Assembly (NCBI GenBank): GCA_019636275.1
Contig: JAHBXY010000019.1
Coordinates: 8,764 to 72,763 of the forward strand
From: Planctomycetota bacterium
GTDB taxonomy: Bacteria > Planctomycetota > J058
Length of the DNA stretch: 64,000 nt
Direction: 5' to 3'
Shown here: one piece after another, positions 1 through 16,969 of the stretch
How the letters are laid out: every line of letters begins with the position of its first letter
Position numbering within the stretch: position 1 is the stretch's first letter
Notes under the pieces: generated by a model
Told to the model about the DNA's origin: nothing
Database searches by the model: none
What the model saw: only the letters and a program-made list of their open reading frames with translations
Translations under genes and position numbers: made by a program

Positions 1-24
1 AGAGTCTGGCCGCTGGAGGCCCCC

Positions 25-561
25 GTGCGACCCACCTTCGCGGCCGTGCTCCTCGCGCTCACGGCGAGCGCGACGTGGGCCCAGGAGCGGGCGCCCGAGC
101 CGAAGCCCGGGTCCCTCTTCCGGCCCACGATCCACGCCGACGGGCAGGCCCGGCGCGCGGGGCACGCCTTCCCCGTCTCCTGGCGGGCGGGCGGCGACGA
201 GCCGCGCCCGCTCGTGCTCACCTGCCTGCATCTCTTCGGCCCGGCCGGAGGCCTGCCGCGGCAGCTCGACGGCGCGGCGCTCGCCGGGGCCGTCGAGCGC
301 CTGGAGCTCGCCGACGCCTTCGGCCGCGCGGCGACCGTCACGGTCCGGCGGGCCCTGGCGCTCCCGGGGAGCTTCCCGGCGGACGACGAGCGCGGGCCCG
401 GGGGGGACCTCGCCGCCTTCGACTGCCTGCGGGTCGTCTCCACGGCGAGCGGCGCGCCGCGCGTGACCCGCTGGTGGGCGCGCGACGTGGGCCTCGTCCG
501 TGAGCGCGTCGAGGGCGGCTCCGGCCTCGACCTGGTGCACGTGCGCCGCGGCGACGGGTAG
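25..561 (+). CDS. hypothetical secreted protein
   Basis: 178-aa ORF with a hydrophobic N-terminus (FAAVLLALTASATWAQE) consistent with a signal peptide; no recognisable family motif. Confidence 0.45.
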   Translation: MRPTFAAVLLALTASATWAQERAPEPKPGSLFRPTIHADGQARRAGHAFPVSWRAGGDEPRPLVLTCLHLFGPAGGLPRQLDGAALAGAVERLELADAFGRAATVTVRRALALPGSFPADDERGPGGDLAAFDCLRVVSTASGAPRVTRWWARDVGLVRERVEGGSGLDLVHVRRGDG

Positions 562-595
562 CGGCGGGCCGGTCGGCCGACGCGACCGGCGACGA

Positions 596-3291
<2,696 letters not shown>

Positions 3292-3331
3292 GCCCGGATG
3301 ATGCCGCGCCCGGGGCGCGCTCGCGAGGGCG

Positions 3332-6004
<2,673 letters not shown>

Positions 6005-7652
6005 CGGCTCCGCTCACCGAGGGCCTGGAGCACCGGCGCCCACCGGTCGGTCTCGAGGTCGCCGGCCGCCCGCGCGGCGTCGAGGAGCGCGCGCGCGGCC
6101 GCGGCGTCTCCGCGGCGCAGGTGGACGCGCGCCAGCAGCAGCCGCGCGTCGTTCCCCCGGCGGACCGCCGTGCGGCGGCCGCGGCGGTCCTGGCCGGGGC
6201 GCCGGGCGACCTCGGCCAGCACCTCGTCGGCGGCGGCGGCGGCGACGTCGAGGCGCTCCAGCGCGACGGCCAGCTCCGCCCGCCGCAGGTGCAGGACGTA
6301 AGGGAACGCCAGCTCCGTCGGCCCCTCCAGGGCGCGCAGCCGCTCGAGGCTCGCCGACGCGAGCGTCAGCCCCTCCTCGGCGCGCCCCCGGCGCTCGAGG
6401 AGGACGGACAGGCCGACGAACGGGCTCTCGAGGTAGCGGAGCACGTTGTCGACGTCGAAGCGGGCGTCGGCCGCGCCGAGGCTTCCGGCGCGGAAGTCGT
6501 CGCGCGCCTCGCCCCGGGCGGCGAGGGTGACGATCCGCCAGCCGACCTCGACCTGCGCCCGGAGCGACGCCTCGAGCGCCGCCTCGAGCTCCTCGCGCCA
6601 GGCCGCGTCCACCCCCGGCCAGGCGAGGAGCAGCTCGATGCACCGGTCCTCGAGGTGCAGGAGCTTGGCCGCGCGCGTCGGGTCCTTCTCCTCGCCGTCG
6701 CGCGCGCGGAAGGCCTGCACGAGCTCGAGGCCCGCCCGGGCCTGCGCGACGGCCGCCTCTCGCTCGTCGGCCGGCCGACGGAGCGCGAGCCCCACCGTGA
6801 GCGCCCCGACCCACGCGCGGGCGTGCGGCGCCCAGTAGGACGTCAGCGGCACCTCGAGCGGCTGCGGCGCCCCCAACCCCTGCAAGCGCTCGCGCTCCTC
6901 GAGCCCGAGGGAGGGGCCCAGCGCCTGCGCGAACGTGGCCCGGACCCTGGTCAGCTCGGGAGCGCCCAGCTCCGGCCAGTGCGCGCGCGCGCGCCCCTCC
7001 GCGTCGTCGCCGCCCCGGGGCTCCCGCGTCGCCCGGAGGAGCTCCGCCCACATGAGGTAGGCGTCGCCCGTCCGGTGCTCGCGCGCGAAGGTCTCGAGGA
7101 CCTGCTCGTCGAGGGCCCGCCGGAAGCGGTCGATGAACGCCAGGTTGTCCGTCGGCAGGCGGTGGAGCCCCGGCAGGGCCATGACGAGCGCCATGGGCGG
7201 GATCTTCTCCTGGGCGAGCGCCGGCCGCATGGCGTGCACGACGGCGTCGACGGTGTCGCGCCGGAACTGCTCGTCGCCCCAGTCGCCGAGGAGCTCGAGC
7301 CCGGCCTGCAGGACGTCGCCGAACCCCACCGACGCCGGCTCCGAGTCGGCCTCGTAGGAGCGCCGCCCCGCGAGCGTCGCCAGCTCGCGCGTGAGCGCGA
7401 CGAGCCGCCCCTCGCGCAGGCGCGCCCGCGGCTCGGCGCGCGCGAGCGGCGTGATCGCGCCGCGGAGCGCCTCGGCCAGCGCGGCGTAGGGCTCGTGCCG
7501 CTTCAGGCGCGGGTCGCCGTCGGGCGGGAAGCGCTCCACGAGCCGGGCGGCCGCGGCCGCGAGGGCCGCGGGCTTCCGCCGGCGCAGGGCCCCGAGCGCG
7601 AACGGCCGCGCGCGCGCGTCCACCTGCGACAGGGCCGGCAGCCCGGGGTCCG

Positions 7653-9641
<1,989 letters not shown>

Positions 9642-9750
9642 CGGCGGCGCCCCCTCCAGGGACCATATCCCTTCTTGGCAGCCCCCGGCCACCTCCGTAG
9701 ACTGCCCCGGCCCGAGGGAGACCCCTCGGCGCCCGGAGGCGGGACAGCAC

Positions 9751-11931
9751 ATGGTCGCCACGCAAGAGCCCGTCCTCGAGCTGCCCCGCGGCGGGGTCGT
9801 CGTCACGACCTCGGCCGGCCCGATCCAGTTCGGCTGCCCGCCCGAGACGATCAAGGACCACATGGCGCTCGGGCTCACCGTGCCCACGCACTACGTCGTC
9901 CCGCGCGAGCGCTTCGACCGCTCGCGCGGGGTCAACGTGAGCGAGGTCGAGTTCCCGGCGTACTTCAACTTCTTCGTGCTCAAGCGCACGGTGAACCTGA
10001 TCACGGACGAGGACGGCGAGGCGCGCCTGCGCCGGATCCTCACCGAGACCCTCTTCGGCCCCCAGGGGCGCTACGCGGGCGACGCCGAGTTCGACGCGTC
10101 GATCGCCCCGGCCGCGCGCCCCGACCACGCGACCGAGTGCGGCCAGTTCCGCAAGAACCCCTTCAAGCCGACCGAGCGCCTCGAGGTCGACACGCTCATC
10201 AGCTTCACCCGCTTCGACGCCGCCGGCGTGGCCCGCGTGGGCGACGACGTGACGATCGAGCGGCTGCCCGGCGACCAGGGCTACGTGGTGAAGGACGGCG
10301 GCGCCGAGCGCGCGCGCGTGCCCGCGCGCGTGCGCCTGCCCGAGAAGGAGCGCCCCTCGACCGAGGCGCCGGGCGCCTTCCACCCGCCCGCCTTCGGCGT
10401 GACGGTGCTCGGCTCCAGCCACGGCTTCGACCCCAAGGGCAAGACGACCGGGTTCATCGTGTGGATCAACCACCGCGGCCTGCTCGTCGACCCGCCCATG
10501 GGCTCGACCGACCTCTTGGCGCAGAGCGGGATCGCGCCCAAGCTCATCGACGGCGTGATCCTCACCCACTGCCACGCCGACCACGACAGCGGCACCTTCC
10601 AGAAGATCCTCGAGGAGGGGCGCGTCGTCCTCTACACGTCGCCCACGATCCTGGGCTCGTTCCTGCGCAAGTACGCCGCGCTCTCCGGCCTCGACGAGGA
10701 CTTCCTGCGCCGCCTGTTCATCTACCGGCCGGTGAAGATCGGCTCGAGCGTGCGCGTGCACGGCGGCGAGCTGCGCTTCTTCTACACGCTGCACTCGATC
10801 CCGACCGTCGGCTTCGAGGCCTACTACGGCGGCAAGAGCCTGGTGTTCTCGGCCGACACGCTCTACGACCCGGCCCGGATCGAGGACATGGTGAAGGCGG
10901 GCACGCTCACGCGCGAGCGCGCGGACGCCCTGATCCGCTTCCCGTGGCACCACACGGTCGTCCTGCACGAGGCGGGCGTGCCGCCGCTCCACACGCCGGT
11001 GCCCGTGCTCGCGGCCCTGCCGCCCGACGTGAAGAAGCGGCTCTACCTGCTGCACATCGCCCAGAAGGACCTCCCGGCCGACCAGGGGCTCAAGGTGGCC
11101 CCGGCCGGGGTCGAGAACACGCTGCGCATCCCGGTCGACCCGCCGCGCCACGCCGAGGCGATCGCGCTCCTCGACGTGTTCGTGGGCCTCGACCTGTTCC
11201 GCGGCTTCTCGCTGGCGCGCGCGCGCGAGCTCCTGCAGGTGGCGCGCACGCGCGAGTACCCGGCCGGGCAGCGGATCATCGCGCAGGACAGCCCGGGCGA
11301 CGCCTTCTACGTGATCGTCTCGGGCGTGGCCTCGGTCAAGCGCGACGGCGCCGAGCTCAAGCGCTACCAGGCGGGCGACTTCTTCGGCGAGACGGCACTG
11401 ATCCTCGGTCAGCCGCGCAACGCCGACGTCTTCGCCCACACCGACTGCGTGCTGGCGGAGATCGAGCGCTACGACTTCCTCTACCTGCTGCGCGGGACGG
11501 ACATCGCCGAGCGCCTTGTGCGGCTGGCCAACATGCGCGAGGAGCGCTCCTGGGAGCTGTTCGCGCGCAACTCGGCCCTGCAGGAGCTCACGTCGGCGCA
11601 GAAGACGCAGCTCCAGTCGTTCCTCGAGGTCGTCGAGCTGAAGCCCGGCGACGCGCTCTGGACGGCCGGCGCGCCGGCCGAGGCGGCCTTCCTCGTCGAC
11701 CAGGGCCGGGTGGCCGTCGACGGCTACGGCGGGGTCGCGCTCGAGCCGTTCGGCCCGGGCGCCTTCCTGGGCGAGGTCGACGCGCTCGTCGAGGGGCGCG
11801 CCTGCGCCGGCTCGGCCCGCGCCGTCGAGGCGGGGCGGGCCTTCCGCATCAAGCGGTCCGACCTCGTCCGCTGGTTCGAGGAGAACCCCGGCGTGCGCCT
11901 GGCCTTCCTCGGCACGAAGGCCGTCGAGTGA
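9751..11931 (+). CDS. metallo-β-lactamase-fold hydrolase fused to two cyclic-nucleotide-binding (CAP/cNMP) domains; candidate cNMP-regulated phosphodiesterase
   Basis: MBL motif ILTHCHADHDSG plus downstream His/Asp residues. Two CAP-type cNMP-binding segments (FFGETALILGQPRNADV and FLGEVDALVEGRACAG). The N-terminal 230 aa are unassigned. Confidence 0.85.
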   Translation: MVATQEPVLELPRGGVVVTTSAGPIQFGCPPETIKDHMALGLTVPTHYVVPRERFDRSRGVNVSEVEFPAYFNFFVLKRTVNLITDEDGEARLRRILTETLFGPQGRYAGDAEFDASIAPAARPDHATECGQFRKNPFKPTERLEVDTLISFTRFDAAGVARVGDDVTIERLPGDQGYVVKDGGAERARVPARVRLPEKERPSTEAPGAFHPPAFGVTVLGSSHGFDPKGKTTGFIVWINHRGLLVDPPMGSTDLLAQSGIAPKLIDGVILTHCHADHDSGTFQKILEEGRVVLYTSPTILGSFLRKYAALSGLDEDFLRRLFIYRPVKIGSSVRVHGGELRFFYTLHSIPTVGFEAYYGGKSLVFSADTLYDPARIEDMVKAGTLTRERADALIRFPWHHTVVLHEAGVPPLHTPVPVLAALPPDVKKRLYLLHIAQKDLPADQGLKVAPAGVENTLRIPVDPPRHAEAIALLDVFVGLDLFRGFSLARARELLQVARTREYPAGQRIIAQDSPGDAFYVIVSGVASVKRDGAELKRYQAGDFFGETALILGQPRNADVFAHTDCVLAEIERYDFLYLLRGTDIAERLVRLANMREERSWELFARNSALQELTSAQKTQLQSFLEVVELKPGDALWTAGAPAEAAFLVDQGRVAVDGYGGVALEPFGPGAFLGEVDALVEGRACAGSARAVEAGRAFRIKRSDLVRWFEENPGVRLAFLGTKAVE

Positions 11932-11971
11932 TCGCGCCTACGACGAGCGATGCCGGGCGCTGCCGTTCGTC

Positions 11972-11998
11972 GGGGTGTCGCGCTGCGCGCGACACCCC
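11972..11998 (+). terminator. GC-rich perfect hairpin (12-bp stem, 3-nt loop) 40 bp after the stop of 9751..11931
   Basis: ggggtgtcgcgc-tgc-gcgcgacacccc; there is no U-tract, so it may be a terminator or an RNA-stability element. Confidence 0.3.
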
Positions 11999-12019
11999 GA
12001 CCGCTCGGGCTCCCTCGGC

Positions 12020-12290
12020 GGCCGACGCTCACGCCCGGTGAAGCGCGGGCCGACGCTCACGGGACCCGGCCCATCGTCGTCCTCGTCGTCGACCACGATC
12101 GCGCCCGGCGACGCGCGGGTCGACGCTCACGGGACCCGGCCCGTCGTCGGCCGGATCGCGCCCGGCGGAGCGTGGACCGATGCTCACCGGACCCGATGCG
12201 TCGACGGCCTCGTCGTCGACGACGCTCCGCCCCTGGCGATGCGCGGCCGGAGCTCACGGGATCCTCGACGACGACGAGCGCAGGCGCCCC
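12020..12290. repeat. intergenic array of 4–5 degenerate direct repeats (about 60–70 bp period, core CGACGCTCACGGGACCCGGCCC)
   Basis: The core recurs at about 12023, 12051, 12121, 12178 and 12250, between two convergent genes. Confidence 0.5.
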
Positions 12291-12291
12291 A

Positions 12292-13179
12292 TCACGGCGC
12301 GACCTCGCCCACCACGAACACCATGCTCGACAGGTCCAGCCACGAGCGCCGGCGCGCCCCGTAGCGCGCCACGAGCGCGCGGGCCTCCACGAGCTCGACC
12401 AGCGTCAGGCCGTGCTCGCGCAGGAGCGGGGCGAGCCGCTCCTGCGGCGGGCCCCACACGAGCGGCTCGTGGTAGAGGAGGCGGAACGCCAGCGAGGGAA
12501 GGTCGCGGCGGGCGAGGCGGGCCAGCCCGCCCGCGGGCGGGCACCAGGCGTCGAAGGCCAGGAGGCTCCCGGGCGCCGAGAGGCCGCGCACCAGGTCGAG
12601 CGTGGCCCGCACCGCGGGCTCGTCGAGGTACATCGACACCCCCTCCCACACCCACACGGTCGACGCGCCGACCTCGAGGCCGGCCGCGCGCAGCCGCTCC
12701 TCGATCGAGTCGCGCTCGAAGTCGACCTGCACCGGGACGACCCTGGCCCGCGGCGCGTCGCCGTAGGCGGTCGCCGCCAGCGCGGCCTTGCGGCGCGCGG
12801 TCGCGGGGTGGTCGACCTCGAACAGCGTCCGGCCGCGCAGGGCCGGCTCGAGGCGCACGGCCCGCGAGTCGTAGCCCGCCCCCAGGAGCACCACCTGCGT
12901 GGCCCGCGGCGTGGCGGCGATCAGCTCGTCGATCGCCCGGTGCCGCGCCAGCACGAAGGTCATCGTCCCCTGGAGGGCGCGGTCGACCTGCCGCGCCAGC
13001 GCCGCGCGCGCCCGCGCCGGGAGCCGGTCGGCCAGGTCGAGGAGCGACGCCCGCCACGGGCCGACGAACGCGCGCGCCCAGGGGTCGGAGACGAGGCGCT
13101 CCTCCACGGGCAGCAGCGCCTCCAGCGCCCGCCAGGCGCACACCAGCTCGGCCGTGTCGCTCGGGCGGTCGGGTCGCAT
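12292..13179 (-). CDS. class I SAM-dependent methyltransferase, LCM/O-methyltransferase (TIGR00027-like) family
   Basis: VLLGAGYDSRAVRL and EVDHP motifs typical of the leucine carboxyl / mycobacterial O-methyltransferase family; 295 aa. Confidence 0.75.
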   Translation of the reverse strand: MRPDRPSDTAELVCAWRALEALLPVEERLVSDPWARAFVGPWRASLLDLADRLPARARAALARQVDRALQGTMTFVLARHRAIDELIAATPRATQVVLLGAGYDSRAVRLEPALRGRTLFEVDHPATARRKAALAATAYGDAPRARVVPVQVDFERDSIEERLRAAGLEVGASTVWVWEGVSMYLDEPAVRATLDLVRGLSAPGSLLAFDAWCPPAGGLARLARRDLPSLAFRLLYHEPLVWGPPQERLAPLLREHGLTLVELVEARALVARYGARRRSWLDLSSMVFVVGEVAP

Positions 13180-13256
13180 GGCTCGCCTCCTCGCGAGCGG
13201 TATAGCACCCGTCGAGCGGCTGCGCGCCGTCGGTCGGCCCGGTAGACTCGGCGGCC

Positions 13257-13529
13257 ATGCCGCGCGTCCAGTTCACCAGGCACCTCGCGCGCTACTTCCC
13301 GGCGCTCCGCGACGGGGAGTTCGACGGGGCGACCCTGGCCGAGGTCGTGGCCGCGATCGACCGGGCGCACCCGGGCCTCGGCGGCTACGTGCTCGACGAC
13401 CGCGGCGCGGTGCGCAAGCACGTCAACGTGTTCATAGGCGACGACCTCCTGCGCGACCGCGAGCGGCTCGACGAGCCGCTGCCGCCCGGGGTGACCGTCT
13501 CCATCTTCCAGGCGCTCTCGGGGGGGTAG
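13257..13529 (+). CDS. MoaD/ThiS-family ubiquitin-like sulfur-carrier protein (C-terminal Gly-Gly)
   Basis: 90 aa ending …SIFQALSGG; β-grasp-like pattern HVNVFIGDDLL…PGVTVSIF. Confidence 0.65.
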   Translation: MPRVQFTRHLARYFPALRDGEFDGATLAEVVAAIDRAHPGLGGYVLDDRGAVRKHVNVFIGDDLLRDRERLDEPLPPGVTVSIFQALSGG

Positions 13530-13533
13530 ACCG

Positions 13534-14619
13534 ATGTCCGCGACGCTCGTCCTCGGCACGAAGAAGGGGCTCCTCGTCCTCGAGCGAGGGGCCAGCGGCT
13601 GGCGCTCGCGGGCGCTCCAGCACGGCGGGATCCACGTCTCGCTCGCCCTGCACGACGCGCGCACGGGCACCCTCTGGGCGGCCCTCGACCATGGCCACTG
13701 GGGCGTGAAGCTCTCGCGCAGCAAGGACGGCGGCGAGACCTGGACCGAGGTCGCCCCGCCGCGCTACCCCGAGGGGACGATCACGCCCTGCACGCAGAAG
13801 CCGGCCGCCCTGCGCTACGTCTACGCCTTCCAGCCCGGGCGGCCCGAGGAGCCGGGCCGGCTCTACGTGGGCACCGTCCCTGGCGGCCTGTTCGTGAGCG
13901 ACGACGACGGCGCCAGCTTCACCCTCGACCGGGCGCTGTTCGACCACCCGACCCGCGGCGAGTGGGGGCAGGGCGGCAAGGACTTCGACGAGCCGGGGCT
14001 GCACTCGGTCGTCGTCGACCCGCGCGACGGGCGCAAGGTCCTCGTCGGGATCAGCTCGGCCGGCGTCATGCGCACGACGGACGGCGGCGAGACCTGGGCG
14101 CCGAGCAACCGCGGCCTGAAGAACTCCTACCTGCCCGACCCCGACGCCGCGGTCGGCCACGACCCGCACCTCGTCATGGCCTGCGCCGCGGAGCCGGACG
14201 TCGTGTGGCAGCAGAACCACTGCGGCGTGTTCCGCTCGACCGACGGCGGCGCGACCTGGACCGACATCGGGCAGGCCAAGGGCCCCGTCGGCTTCGGCTT
14301 CCCGATCGCCGCCGACGCGCGCGACCCGGCGCGCGCCTGGGTCGTCCCGGCGACCTCCGACGAGCGGCGCTACGCCGTCGGCGGCGCGCTGTGCGTGGCG
14401 CGGACCGACGACGGCGGCGCGAGCTGGAGCGTGCTGCGCGACGGGCTGCCGCAGGAGGACTGCTACGACGTGACCTACCGCCACGCGCTCGACGCGCGCG
14501 GCGACACGGTCGCCTTCGGCACGACGACGGGCAACCTCTACGTGAGCGAGGACCGCGGCGAGCGCTGGCGCTGCCTGGGCTCGAACTTCCCGCCGATCAC
14601 CTCGGTGCGCTTCGCGTGA
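13534..14619 (+). CDS. BNR/Asp-box repeat protein (sialidase/Ycf48-like β-propeller)
   Basis: Five or more S-x-D-x-G-x-T-W Asp-box motifs (SKDGGETW, TDGGETW, TDGGATW, TDDGGASW, SEDRGERW). It starts 4 bp after the MoaD-like gene. Confidence 0.8.
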   Translation: MSATLVLGTKKGLLVLERGASGWRSRALQHGGIHVSLALHDARTGTLWAALDHGHWGVKLSRSKDGGETWTEVAPPRYPEGTITPCTQKPAALRYVYAFQPGRPEEPGRLYVGTVPGGLFVSDDDGASFTLDRALFDHPTRGEWGQGGKDFDEPGLHSVVVDPRDGRKVLVGISSAGVMRTTDGGETWAPSNRGLKNSYLPDPDAAVGHDPHLVMACAAEPDVVWQQNHCGVFRSTDGGATWTDIGQAKGPVGFGFPIAADARDPARAWVVPATSDERRYAVGGALCVARTDDGGASWSVLRDGLPQEDCYDVTYRHALDARGDTVAFGTTTGNLYVSEDRGERWRCLGSNFPPITSVRFA

Positions 14620-15630
14620 TCAGCGCCGCGCGCCGGAGCCCGCGCGCCCGCCCGCGGCGGCCGGGGCGCGGCGCAGCCGGTTCGCGTCGGCGTTGGTCAG
14701 CCGCCGCACCTTGAACCCCTGCGCCTGGAGCAGCGCGACCACGCCCTCGTCGCCGTGGTAGTGCGCCGTGCCCACGGCGTAGAAGGTCGACCGGCCCGGC
14801 GCCTCGCGCAGCCGCGCCGTGATCCGCTCGGCCATGCGGTGGTTGCGGTCGACGATGAGCGCCTTGCGCATGCGGTCGACCAGCGCCTGGTCGTCGCCCG
14901 CGTTCGTGACCTCGATCGCGCGCACCAGCGCGTCGAGGTCGCCCGCGAGGTACTTGCTCACGAGCTCCTCCAGCGGCCGCTTGCGCGCCGCCCGGTCGCT
15001 CGGCGCCTCGACCGCGTCGAGGGCCGCGGCCAGCATGCGCGCCTGCTCCTCGTCGGTGAGCTGGTCGAAGCAGCCGAGCTGCTCCTCGATCGTCTCCAGG
15101 CCGCCGACCTCCTTGCCCTGCGCCCTGGCGCGGTCGAAGAGCCCCTGGTCGAGCGCCTTGGCGCCGCCCTCCTGCGCCCCGGCCTCGAGCATCTGCAGCT
15201 GCAGGCTCGTGCACCACACCTTGATCCGCTCGAAGGCCGCCGCGCCGCCCAGCCCCTTGCGCCGGGCGTAGGCGTCGAGGCGCTCGACGAGCTCGGGCGC
15301 CACCCGCGTGCTCAGCCCCTGGCCCGCGGGGAGCATGACGTGGCGGGCCATGGCCATCTGCAGGCCCTGGTCCATGGGGACCTCGGTGAGCAGGGCGTCC
15401 GACAGGTCGATCGCCTTGTTCACGACGTTCGGCAGCGCGGTCACGCGCGGGTCGGCCACGTGGATCGTCCCGTAGAGGAACGAGGGCGCCTCGCCCTCGA
15501 TCAGCCACAGGAACGGCTTGTCGGTCGGGCGGGCGGCGCGCCGCTCCTGCGCGTCGCTCAGCCCGGCGAAGCCGAGCACGAGCGCGGTGAGGCCGATCGC
15601 GAGATGGCGGATGAGCTTCATCGTGTTCAT
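14620..15630 (-). CDS. TraB/GumN family protein with signal peptide
   Basis: N-terminal signal sequence, then FLWLIEGE…YGTIHV, the TraB/GumN hallmark. Confidence 0.7.
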   Translation of the reverse strand: MNTMKLIRHLAIGLTALVLGFAGLSDAQERRAARPTDKPFLWLIEGEAPSFLYGTIHVADPRVTALPNVVNKAIDLSDALLTEVPMDQGLQMAMARHVMLPAGQGLSTRVAPELVERLDAYARRKGLGGAAAFERIKVWCTSLQLQMLEAGAQEGGAKALDQGLFDRARAQGKEVGGLETIEEQLGCFDQLTDEEQARMLAAALDAVEAPSDRAARKRPLEELVSKYLAGDLDALVRAIEVTNAGDDQALVDRMRKALIVDRNHRMAERITARLREAPGRSTFYAVGTAHYHGDEGVVALLQAQGFKVRRLTNADANRLRRAPAAAGGRAGSGARR

Positions 15631-15859
15631 CGACGACGTCCTCCGGGCAGGGCCCTGGTTGGGCCGTCCCCAGACACACCGCGGGCCAGACCGGAACTCC
15701 TGCGCGCGCAGGGCCCGCCACCCACCGCCTGCTTACGCTCGTTGACACCCGAACACGGGAAGCGGGAAGCTCCCGGCGCTCGCGCTTGCCTGCCGCCGGG
15801 CGGCCCAGGAAGGTGAGGCGTCCCCCCCAACAGCCATTCCCTCCCGAGCGCGCGCCCCC

Positions 15860-16795
15860 ATGACGAGCCCGACCGCCGAGAGCCCGATCCCCGTCCTCGA
15901 CCTGCACGACCTCGCCCGCCCCGCCGAGCGCATCCGCTTCGTCGACGCGCTCGGCCGCGCGCTCACCGAGGTCGGCTTCTTCGGCCTGCGCGGGCACGGT
16001 ATCCGCGACGAGGACGTCGCCGCCGTCTACGACGTGGCCCTGGCGTTCTTCCTCCTGCCCGACGAGGTGAAGGTCCGCCACGAGCGGCCGGCGCTCCTCG
16101 GCCAGCGCGGCTACACGCGCTTCGGGCGCGAGCACGCGCGCGATCACGCGGCGCCCGACCTCAAGGAGTACTTCAGCGTGGGCCCCGGCGAAGGCCCCTA
16201 CCCGCCGAACGTGTGGCCCGACGAGGCGCCCGCCCTGCGGGCCGTGGCGCCGGCGCTGTTCCGCCGCCTCGAGGGCGTCGCCGCGCAGGTGCTCGAGGCC
16301 GCCGCGGTCTACCTGGGCGAGCCGCCCCGGCGCTTCGCCGACCTGATCGACGGCGGCGACAGCCTCCTCAGGATCATCCACTACCCGCCGGTGCCGGCCG
16401 ACGCCGACCCGCAGAGCGTGCGGGCGGCGGCGCACGAGGACATCAACTTCATCACGCTCCTGGCCGGCGCCACGGACGACGGGCTCGAGGTGCTCACGAA
16501 CGACCGCGGCTGGCAAGCGGTGCCGGCCGCCCCGGGGCAGCTCGTCGTGAACGTCGGCGACATGCTGCAGCACCTCACCAACGGCGCCCTGCGCAGCACG
16601 ACCCACCGGGTCGTGAACCCGGGCGACTCGCGGGCCCGCCGCTTCTCCATGCCCTTCTTCGTCCACCCCCGCTCGGACGTCGACCTGACCCCGCTGCCCT
16701 CCTGCGTCGCGCGCCAGGGCGGCGCGCGCTTCGGCCCGCTCGACGCCGGGACCTTCCTGCGCGCGCGCCTGGAGGAGATCGGCCTGCGGGGCTGA
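15860..16795 (+). CDS. 2-oxoglutarate/Fe(II)-dependent dioxygenase (isopenicillin-N-synthase-like)
   Basis: HxD…H facial triad (HEDINFITLL … THRVV) and an RxS-like 2OG-binding region. Confidence 0.8.
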   Translation: MTSPTAESPIPVLDLHDLARPAERIRFVDALGRALTEVGFFGLRGHGIRDEDVAAVYDVALAFFLLPDEVKVRHERPALLGQRGYTRFGREHARDHAAPDLKEYFSVGPGEGPYPPNVWPDEAPALRAVAPALFRRLEGVAAQVLEAAAVYLGEPPRRFADLIDGGDSLLRIIHYPPVPADADPQSVRAAAHEDINFITLLAGATDDGLEVLTNDRGWQAVPAAPGQLVVNVGDMLQHLTNGALRSTTHRVVNPGDSRARRFSMPFFVHPRSDVDLTPLPSCVARQGGARFGPLDAGTFLRARLEEIGLRG

Positions 16796-16969
16796 GCCGC
16801 CACCCAGGGCTTTCCCCCACCCCGGGGGCTGATCACGACCCGCGCCCCGTGGCGCTCGCGGCACGCTCGCGCGCCCGGTGAGGTTGACGGGCCAGGCAGC
16901 GGGCCCACCCGAGGGGGCACCTCGATTGCGTCACTCACATCGGGGGGACGCGCCGGGCCGAGGTGGTGA

